A DNA stretch of 62,478 bases, the filler included. It is 5 parts of 5 records of this genome, joined end to end, with 100 filler letters (N's around TTAATTAATTAA, not from the genome) between each part and the next. Parts side by side here need not be neighbours in the genome. Positions count along the whole stretch, not along the records: positions 32,569 to 43,427 come from SRR31156797_3636; positions 43,528 to 55,699 come from SRR31156797_3637; 3 more parts are not named here. One strand, written 5' to 3'. The position numbers were made by a program, and so were the translations under genes. The notes under the pieces were generated by a model, which did not search any database, was not told where the DNA came from, and saw only the letters and a program-made list of their open reading frames with translations. Every line of letters starts with the position of its first letter. Position 1 is the first letter of the stretch. Positions 39,150 to 46,745 of the stretch are shown one piece after another.

Positions 39150-41999
39150 ATGTCTGAAAACCGACGCTGCAACCGGAGCGCCTATATGAATAATCTCTAT
39201 CGTCAGACGGGAGATATCCTTGAAAACTCTTTCAGAATCGATGTGAACACCAGGGAAAAGATACTGGAAGAGTATTTCTCCGAAGGCTATCTGCCCAAAT
39301 GGTACTTCTACAGCAACTCGCCCCGTACGATAGCCCACCATATCTATATGCTGACCCATTTTCTGAATGCCAACAGCGATATGCTTTCCCAGTCGGGGGA
39401 TGCGGACGGTTCGAAGACCTACTTCCTGAATGTGGGAAGAGATTATCCCGGCCGCCTGGCCGGCATACTCGATCAGAACAGGGCGATGGATATCGTCGGG
39501 ATTGATTCGGAGACGACGGCGGGGGGATTGAGAATCGTTACCCTGGACAAGAGGGGAGGCGGGGTGCCTGCTCTCGGCGGTGAGGAGCTTGAGAAAGCGG
39601 AAGCCCTCAACGCTCTGGTGAGAGCTTATGCCGATGAAAGGGGGATAAGACGAGTCGGAGAGTTCCTGAGCTCTCTGAATGCGAAGTACATAAGAGAGGA
39701 AATCTCCGTGCAGCTGAGCCCCGAGAGGATATTCCGCCATCTCTCCCTGTTCGATAAGGCCGCGGAGTCGGAAGCCCCTGTCTGCGAGGCGCATCGTCTG
39801 CAGGAGGAGCTTCGAATCTCGCTGGCTATGAGTGAGCCTGTGGAGGAGTTCGTTGAAACGGCACTGGCTTTCTTTAAAAGGAGAAGGATCAACCTGGCCC
39901 GCAGCTACTACGACCTGTTTGAATCGGGAAGTCTGAGAGTGGGGATCTATACGGTGTATCTCAGGGATTTCGATGCCGATCCTGATAAAACGGCTTCTGA
40001 GATCCGCGACCTCTACGATGCTGAGAAGGGGAAGGATCCCGGGGTGAGGAGTCTCGCTATAGAATCTCTTATCCGGAACATCTCCGCCAGCGATTCGAAA
40101 GAGGAGCTGACGCCCCATCTCCAGGCTCTCAGAGAGCTGTGCCGCGAAAACCTTAAGCCCGGAGGGGAGATCGGAAACTTCTATCTCAACTGTGTGACCG
40201 ACTTCCTTGAAGCGGCCTCCGTCCTAGGCCTGGACAGGCACGACGGTGCCATGAAAACACTTCTCGGATTCGAGGCCTTTGACGAGTTCTACGTCTCCTG
40301 TCCCCGTGACGGGCGGATCTCCAATAAGCCCGGATACAGGATAAAGCACAACTCCCTGAGAGGGCCCGCCAAGGGGGGCATCAGGATCGACGAGATCGTC
40401 AATTTCAGCGAGGTCGCCGCTCTGAGCTTTATGATGACCTGGAAGTGTGCGAGGAGCCGCATCCTTTTCGGAGGGGGAAAGGGCGGTCTTATGCTCAATC
40501 CCAGGGAGTACGAAGCGGGCAGCATCGACTTCTTCGATACCCTCAGCAATTTCGGACGTTCCCTGTTCATGGTTACCGGTCCGCTCAAGGATGTGCCGGC
40601 CGGAGATGTGGGCTGTGGCGCCCAGGAAATAGGGCGCATGTTCGAGGGCTTTAAATCGGCCCTCCGGGACCTGGCCCTTATGGTCTATGGTGTGCGTCAT
40701 AACGTGACCATGATAGGCGACAGGGTTATTTCCCTGGAGGAGGCCCGGACCATCCTGGAAGAAGCCTTCGGGATAGATCATACGGATACCAGGATCCTCA
40801 GGGAACTGGGAGCCAACCAGGACTACCTGGAGCTTGTGGTCGCCTCTCAGATAACCGGAAAGCCTAGAATGGGCCTGGCGGTAAGGACGGGCGCCACGGG
40901 GCGGGGGATGTGCTACGCCACCCTGGCCGCCGTGGGGGGGCTGTATCTGGACGGGAAATGGCTTAGCTCCGAGGAGCTTGAGGATGATGAGGCCACTTTG
41001 CTGAAGAAAGCGGCCTCGGTGGATGGGGCTCTGATCCTTGAGGGGGGAGGGCGGGAGGCGCTCGGTCCCGATGAATGGGACATCCTTGTGGGAAGGGTGT
41101 ATCCCAAACTACTGAAGGGCAAGAAGGTCGTCGTCCAGGGATCGGGGAAGGTGGGCAGCTCCATTATGAAGGAGATGGAAGCCTTCGCTGTGAACCTGAC
41201 GGCGGTTGCCGACGCGGGCGGCGCCGTACTGGGGGATCATCTGAATCCTGACGAACTGCTGGCGGCCATTGAAGCCTCCAGGGGCGCCGAAGACAGAGGG
41301 ATGCGCGCGTCCGTCGTAAACGGAGAGGAGAATGTCCGGGAAAAAATCTATGGCGCCGCCGAGGGCGCGGCGATTCTGGAGCTGGACTGCGACATACTGT
41401 TCACCGCCGCCCTGGAGAATGCGATTACCGAAGAAAACGCCCCCCGTATCGCTGCCTCCCTCGTGGTGTGCGGCAGTAACGGAAGCAACAGCTCCAAGGC
41501 TGAAAAGATCCTCGGGGAGCGGGATATCTGCGTCCTCTATGATTTTCTGGCAAACGGCGCGGGGGTCACGGCTTCCTACTTCGAATGGCTGCGCAATATA
41601 AGTCAGAGGAGAAGATTCGAGGCTGAGCAAATCTACGGAACAGGGTATGACGATGCGGTGATGGATCCCTATGTCATGCCCGAGTTCGCGGACAGGGTCA
41701 AAGCAATTCTCCGTCGGGAAGAGTCTTTCGAAACCACCCGCGAATGGAATATGATCATCCGCGATATCATGTTTTCAGCGGTGAACGAGGATTTCAAGCT
41801 GGCATCCAGGAAGGGTATATCCCTGAAGAGCGCGGGATTTGTAAATGCTCTGATCAGGGTGCTGGCGGCGGCCCTCGCGAGGATGCCGGACGCTGAGGAA
41901 GAGATTCTGATCAAGGAATTTCCCCCCGAAACCGGACAGATGATTGAGGCGTTTCGCAAACATCCCGAATACAGGATGATGAAAGAAGCGGCTTTATAA
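39150..41999 (+). CDS. Large Glu/Leu/Phe/Val dehydrogenase (glutamate-dehydrogenase-like) with about 370-aa N-terminal extension
   Basis: RGPAKGGIR, MTWKC, FGGGKGG, DVPAGDVG, ITGKP, ATGRG, QGSGKVG, ANGAGVTASYFEW. Confidence 0.85.
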   Translation: MSENRRCNRSAYMNNLYRQTGDILENSFRIDVNTREKILEEYFSEGYLPKWYFYSNSPRTIAHHIYMLTHFLNANSDMLSQSGDADGSKTYFLNVGRDYPGRLAGILDQNRAMDIVGIDSETTAGGLRIVTLDKRGGGVPALGGEELEKAEALNALVRAYADERGIRRVGEFLSSLNAKYIREEISVQLSPERIFRHLSLFDKAAESEAPVCEAHRLQEELRISLAMSEPVEEFVETALAFFKRRRINLARSYYDLFESGSLRVGIYTVYLRDFDADPDKTASEIRDLYDAEKGKDPGVRSLAIESLIRNISASDSKEELTPHLQALRELCRENLKPGGEIGNFYLNCVTDFLEAASVLGLDRHDGAMKTLLGFEAFDEFYVSCPRDGRISNKPGYRIKHNSLRGPAKGGIRIDEIVNFSEVAALSFMMTWKCARSRILFGGGKGGLMLNPREYEAGSIDFFDTLSNFGRSLFMVTGPLKDVPAGDVGCGAQEIGRMFEGFKSALRDLALMVYGVRHNVTMIGDRVISLEEARTILEEAFGIDHTDTRILRELGANQDYLELVVASQITGKPRMGLAVRTGATGRGMCYATLAAVGGLYLDGKWLSSEELEDDEATLLKKAASVDGALILEGGGREALGPDEWDILVGRVYPKLLKGKKVVVQGSGKVGSSIMKEMEAFAVNLTAVADAGGAVLGDHLNPDELLAAIEASRGAEDRGMRASVVNGEENVREKIYGAAEGAAILELDCDILFTAALENAITEENAPRIAASLVVCGSNGSNSSKAEKILGERDICVLYDFLANGAGVTASYFEWLRNISQRRRFEAEQIYGTGYDDAVMDPYVMPEFADRVKAILRREESFETTREWNMIIRDIMFSAVNEDFKLASRKGISLKSAGFVNALIRVLAAALARMPDAEEEILIKEFPPETGQMIEAFRKHPEYRMMKEAAL

Positions 42000-42048
42000 A
42001 AATTAATCCTTTATGGATCGATGCCGATTCGGTAGAATAGGTGATGTT

Positions 42049-43230
42049 ATGGCCCTGAACGAAGAACTGAAACACATACTCCATCTCGTCAAAAAGGAAG
42101 GGGCCCTCTCCCAGAGAGCCCTTGCCGAAAGCTGCGGCGTCAGCATTCCCAAGGCGGCCTCTCTGATCTCAGAACTGAAGGGACTCGGCTATCTCAAGGA
42201 TTGCGCAGGTAAATCCTCCGGCGGCCGCATACCGAAGCTCGTCAAGATCGATGAGTCCCTGTTCTGCTCTCTGAGCATTGATATCGGCATGGAGCAGCTC
42301 AGGATGGGGCTGGTCGATTCGGACGGAAGGATCCTTGCCCGTTATCAAACCCTTTCCGATATCGACCGCTCCCGGGATGTGGACCTGGAGAGCCTGTATC
42401 GGGAGTTCCTGAAGCTCTGTGATGAATGCGGTCTGGCCCCGGCGGATGTAAAGGCGATCGCCCTGGGCATTACGGGGATCGTCAACGAATCCGAAGGGAT
42501 CTGCCTCTCCCTCAGGAACACTCCCGGCTGGAAGGGTCTCAATGTGAGGGCGGAGGTCCGCCGGATCTTCGGTGTCGGGCAGGTGCTGGTGATGGACAGC
42601 GTCAAGGCCATGACGGCGGCCGAGCAGATCTATGGCAAGGGCAGAGCTGTCGATGATTTTATCCTTATCAATATCGGTATAGGACTCGGGGCGGGAATCG
42701 TGGTGCACGGCGAATTGCTGACGGGCGATCGGGGCACATCCGGCGAGATCGGCCATATGCATATCAGGCAGAGCGACGAACTCTGCGTCTGCGGCAACTA
42801 CGGATGCCTCGAGGCCATAGCCTCAGGCTGGGCCCTTCTCAGGAGGTGCAAGAACGCCGTGAGGGAGGGGGTGGAGACCACCCTGGCGGACAACAGGGAT
42901 ATCGACTCCCTGACAATAAGGGATATTGTTGATGCCGCCTCCGGGGGGGACAAGATCGCTGTGATGATGATAGAAGCCGTCGCCCATGACGTGGCCATAG
43001 GGATAGGCTCTATCATCAATATCCTCAACCCCGAAAAGGTCTTTCTGGCCGGAGGCCTGATACGCTCGGCCTGGCCTGTTATGGCCGATCCCCTTCTGCG
43101 CGGGGTCAAGAGCACGGTCATACCCTGGCTGCAGAAGAACATAGACCTCTCCCTTTCGGAGCTGGGGGAGTGGGATGCCGTTTTGGGCGGAGCCTTCCTG
43201 GCGGCCGACAGCGTTATCGACGCCTTATAA
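42049..43230 (+). CDS. ROK family transcriptional regulator
   Basis: N-terminal HTH, SSGGR.P, IDIG, GIGLGAGIV, GEIGHM, CVCGNYGCLEA; AGGTGA RBS supports ATG 42049. Confidence 0.92.
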   Translation: MALNEELKHILHLVKKEGALSQRALAESCGVSIPKAASLISELKGLGYLKDCAGKSSGGRIPKLVKIDESLFCSLSIDIGMEQLRMGLVDSDGRILARYQTLSDIDRSRDVDLESLYREFLKLCDECGLAPADVKAIALGITGIVNESEGICLSLRNTPGWKGLNVRAEVRRIFGVGQVLVMDSVKAMTAAEQIYGKGRAVDDFILINIGIGLGAGIVVHGELLTGDRGTSGEIGHMHIRQSDELCVCGNYGCLEAIASGWALLRRCKNAVREGVETTLADNRDIDSLTIRDIVDAASGGDKIAVMMIEAVAHDVAIGIGSIINILNPEKVFLAGGLIRSAWPVMADPLLRGVKSTVIPWLQKNIDLSLSELGEWDAVLGGAFLAADSVIDAL

Positions 43231-43261
43231 GAAATGATGTCCGCCCGTACCGGATAGCCGC

Positions 43262-43427
43262 TTAACCCTTGGGCCTGACGGGGACTCCCTCGATATAACC
43301 CCTTTCTCCCAGCGGCATCAGCTGGAAACGGGGACCGTCTTCGTAGGCCTGCTCATAGCCATAGAAGCCGAAGTTATAGTTCCGGATGGCCCTCTGCACC
43401 TCCATGATCACATCCATCATAATCTTA
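43262..43427 (-). CDS. C-terminal fragment of a probable MerR-family regulator (5' end cut by contig edge)
   Basis: Frame reads ...YNFGFYGYEQAYEDGPRFQLMPLGERGYIEGVPVRPKG*, recalled as the C-terminus of a MerR subfamily; not verified. Confidence 0.5.
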
Positions 43428-43527
43428 NNNNNNNNNNNNNNNNNNNNNNNNNNNNNNNNNNNNNNNNNNNNTTAATTAATTAANNNNNNNNNNNNNNNNN
43501 NNNNNNNNNNNNNNNNNNNNNNNNNNN
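43428..43527. other. Artificial contig spacer
   Basis: N44-TTAATTAATTAA-N44. Confidence 0.98.
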
Positions 43528-43528
43528 A

Positions 43529-43828
43529 AAAAATTATCTTGATATTATTTCAACCAAGACACAATTTCTTTCAAACAAGATAAAGTTTCTGGCGCTGCAG
43601 CCTATCAAGGGCAAGATCGCATCTTACCTGCTGAAACGAACGCGCAGCAGTCTTTTAAATACTATTGATCTCCCTTATTCTCAGGATAAACTTGCCGATC
43701 TGTTCGGAGTTACCCGCCCGGCATTAACAAGGGCGTTTCGAGAGTTGGATCAAAGCGGCATTATCTGCGCCAAGGGGAAAAGAATTTGCGTTCATGATCG
43801 AGATAAATTGGAAGAGTTTATTCAATAA
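43529..43828 (+). CDS. Crp/Fnr (HcpR-like) regulator, C-terminal HTH fragment
   Basis: Manually translated: IKGKIASYLL...SQDKLADLFGVTRPALTRAFREL; 5' truncated and absent from the ORF track. Confidence 0.85.
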   Translation, partial: KNYLDIISTKTQFLSNKIKFLALQPIKGKIASYLLKRTRSSLLNTIDLPYSQDKLADLFGVTRPALTRAFRELDQSGIICAKGKRICVHDRDKLEEFIQ

Positions 43829-43936
43829 AAGAGACAATAATCAAACCCCAATAATCAACTCATATTACAAAATCCAAGTTCTCCTTTTTCTTGGTTCTTT
43901 TACTTGGGATTTGGAGTTTGTCTCCCGATTCTTTTC

Positions 43937-43952
43937 TGTGACGTAGCTCACA
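43937..43952. promoter_or_regulatory. CRP-family binding site TGTGA-N6-TCACA
   Basis: TGTGAcgtagcTCACA, a perfect consensus between the Crp/Fnr gene and the DUF2851 gene. Confidence 0.6.
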
Positions 43953-44005
43953 CTTCAAAAACCCGACTTTCAGATTAGAAAGAAATGGCATAAATTAATG
44001 CCAAG

Positions 44006-45253
44006 ATGGGGACAAATTATCAAAAATCTTTTACGCCATTTCTGGAATTATTTGAACCAAGATCGGTTTATATTTCGGAATTAAGGTTGCAGCATACCTG
44101 GAAAGAAGCGCTGTGGAAAATTCCACGAAAGGATCTGCACGGAAGAGATATTCGGATCCTTGGCCCCGGCAGACACAACCATAGTGACGGTCCGGATTTT
44201 ATTGATGCGCGCATCATGGTGGACGGCAAGCTGATGAACGGAGATATTGAACTGCACCGCCTGGCAAATGAATGGTACAATCATAAGCATCATCTTGATA
44301 AGCGATATGACAATTGTATTTTGCACGTTATCTTCCAATCAGGTGAGAGAGCGACCGAAGCAAGGTGTTCAAATGGGAAAATACTTGCTACATGTAATAT
44401 TCCCCTCGAAGAAGTATTTGATGTTGAGCCTAAAGCGGCTTGTCGTATTTTCCGTCCAGATAAAAAAGAGTATTTCAAAATACTAAAACAAGAAGGATGG
44501 AGGAGGGCGAACAGAAAAATTAAATATTTCTACGATAATCGATTACGATTTCCTTATGATGTTATGCTGTACTGGGGACTTTTTAAGGCGTGTGGATACC
44601 GTTATAATGAAGAGAACATGATAAAACTGTTCATTCGTTTTCCTTGGGCAGCCTATTGCGACGAGTTGCTTGACCGGCGAGATATTATACCCATGCTAAA
44701 TGAACTTGCGGGATTTAAGAACAAAGAATTATTCGGCAACTCGATCAGATGGACGCATTCAAGAACGCGTCCTGCGCATTTTCCCGAGCAGCGAGTAACA
44801 TGGCTTGGAAAATTAATGACGCATTATTACCGAGCATCATTATCCGGTATGCTATATGATATATGTAAAGAGAAAGATAATGTTTATAGGGTTATTTCAG
44901 ATATCCTTGTTTTGCCGGAAACATCATCACCGGGCGAAGGTATTCGAAAAGAAATGACCCTGAATACAATTTTACCCCTACTGGAGGCTATGAGGATCGA
45001 GATCAATGACACAGGGTCCATAAAATCAAAGATCAGAGCTTTATTTAAAACCGCAAAACTGACACAAGCATATGGAAGCGTTAAAAGGTTTCATGATATT
45101 CACGGAATAGATGAAAAAGACAAAGAACAGAAAAATTGGTTGATCTCTCAGGGGGTGTTGAATATACGCGATCATTATTGTACGCAAGAGTCCCAGTTGA
45201 AATGCCCGATATGTTTAATGGAAGAAAAGCAGAAGCCGGAAATCAGATCTTAG
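44006..45253 (+). CDS. DUF2851 family protein
   Basis: PG..N...GPDF..A....G..GDIELH...W..HKH..D..Y..CILHVI; C-terminal YC...CPIC. Confidence 0.82.
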   Translation: MGTNYQKSFTPFLELFEPRSVYISELRLQHTWKEALWKIPRKDLHGRDIRILGPGRHNHSDGPDFIDARIMVDGKLMNGDIELHRLANEWYNHKHHLDKRYDNCILHVIFQSGERATEARCSNGKILATCNIPLEEVFDVEPKAACRIFRPDKKEYFKILKQEGWRRANRKIKYFYDNRLRFPYDVMLYWGLFKACGYRYNEENMIKLFIRFPWAAYCDELLDRRDIIPMLNELAGFKNKELFGNSIRWTHSRTRPAHFPEQRVTWLGKLMTHYYRASLSGMLYDICKEKDNVYRVISDILVLPETSSPGEGIRKEMTLNTILPLLEAMRIEINDTGSIKSKIRALFKTAKLTQAYGSVKRFHDIHGIDEKDKEQKNWLISQGVLNIRDHYCTQESQLKCPICLMEEKQKPEIRS

Positions 45254-45372
45254 AATAGGACAGGCAGTAAGGAGTAGGTAGCATGAAGTCTTGTTATCTT
45301 GTCAAGACCCTGCTTTTGGGACAAACAAAATTTTCATAGTTTCATTTCTTAATTCATTGTAAATTCTTTGAT

Positions 45373-45855
45373 ATGAAAAACCTGTATAAAAGTAACGAAT
45401 GGACCGATTTGAAAGAACAAGTGGCGGAATGGAAAAAAACCGGCCACAAACTTGTATTCACAAATGGTTGTTTTGATATCCTGCATGATGGACATAAAGC
45501 ACTATTTGAGTTTGTAAAACAGCACAGGGGAAAATCAATTGTTGGCCTGAACAGTGACGATTCTGTCAGAAGACTTAAGGGTGAGGGCAGGCCTGTAAAC
45601 AATACTGCTATTCGAGCCGATAATATATTAAATACAGGTTTGATAGATGTTGTTGCAATTTTTGAAGAAGATACCCCACAAGAGATCCTAGAGCTTCTCG
45701 AACCGGATGTTCTGATCAAGGGAGATGATTATACTATTGATACAACCGTCGGCGCCCATGAAGTTGAGACCAGGGGTGGACAAGTAGTGTTTTTTAAAAA
45801 GCTTCCCGGGTTGTCGACAACGGGCATATTAAAAGAACGCGACAAAAAAGATTGA
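45373..45855 (+). CDS. rfaE2: D-glycero-beta-D-manno-heptose-1-phosphate adenylyltransferase (RfaE domain II)
   Basis: FTNGCFDILHDGH, GLNSDDSV.RLKG.GRP, KGDDY, STT. Confidence 0.9.
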   Translation: MKNLYKSNEWTDLKEQVAEWKKTGHKLVFTNGCFDILHDGHKALFEFVKQHRGKSIVGLNSDDSVRRLKGEGRPVNNTAIRADNILNTGLIDVVAIFEEDTPQEILELLEPDVLIKGDDYTIDTTVGAHEVETRGGQVVFFKKLPGLSTTGILKERDKKD

Positions 45856-46745
45856 AACAAATAAGAGATAAAGGTGTTTGGTCTATGATGAAAAGATATA
45901 TTAACAAGAACGCGGTTATATTGGTCCTGGTAATTATTTATACGACCTTTCTTCCGGCTGAGAACATTTTAAAGATCCTTGAGGGATACGGGCGAGATTC
46001 CACCTCAACGTTTTCAACACAAAATTCTCAGGCCGAAGCCGCAAAATTGTTCAATCTTGTCTTGGAGCCAAATGGAAAAATTACGGCTGAGCGCGCTGAA
46101 CAATATTTAAACAGCACGAAGTCCAATATTATAAAATCATATCTTTCGGTCATGCTGGCAGATTACTCTTTTGTAAACAACGCACATGAAAGCGGGTTGC
46201 GATATTTAAAGCGAGCAGTAGATGAGCATGATCCGATCAGAAATGACAGTTATTACAGAATGGTGTTATCGCGTGCTCAAAAAAGTATCAGTGAATCACC
46301 GGGCAAAGAAAAACCGGGAAAAACCAGCGTTCTAAGTGAGTTCAACCCAACGGCTGTAAAGATCAAACCCATTGAAATAAGCCCGGAAAAGGAAGTACTT
46401 GCTTCAGCTAAACCCACCCCAAAGCCCGTTGCCTCTTCCGCCAACAATGAAGAAGACAATACAACAGATGTTCAAATAATTTCAGAACCAAAGCCGGCAC
46501 TTATGGCTAATTTTAGAATTCAGGTTGGGGCGTTTTCCGTGAAGGACAATGCTCAAAGGAAACTGGATTATTTTGAAGAAAAGGGATATCCCGTTATCAT
46601 GGATAAACGCGAGAGAACATCCGGATATTTGTATCTTGCCAAGATTGGTGCCTATGCAAGTTATGACGAAGCAAAACGCGCCTTAACTGAACTTAAATCA
46701 AAATATCCTTCTGAGGACGGAATTGTTATCAAGGTTGAAAAATGA
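45852..46745 (+). CDS. SPOR-domain-containing exported protein
   Basis: N-terminal signal, Pro-rich linker, C-terminal FRIQVGAFS...NA...IGAYASYDEA; true start may be a downstream ATG. Confidence 0.8.
   Translation: MKQIRDKGVWSMMKRYINKNAVILVLVIIYTTFLPAENILKILEGYGRDSTSTFSTQNSQAEAAKLFNLVLEPNGKITAERAEQYLNSTKSNIIKSYLSVMLADYSFVNNAHESGLRYLKRAVDEHDPIRNDSYYRMVLSRAQKSISESPGKEKPGKTSVLSEFNPTAVKIKPIEISPEKEVLASAKPTPKPVASSANNEEDNTTDVQIISEPKPALMANFRIQVGAFSVKDNAQRKLDYFEEKGYPVIMDKRERTSGYLYLAKIGAYASYDEAKRALTELKSKYPSEDGIVIKVEK

Noticed and set aside
33210-43142. Long antisense ORFs in contig 3 (e.g. 33210-34163, 36593-37426, 39132-40118)
   Set aside because: They lie opposite well-supported genes; expected from codon bias in GC-rich DNA; no motifs.
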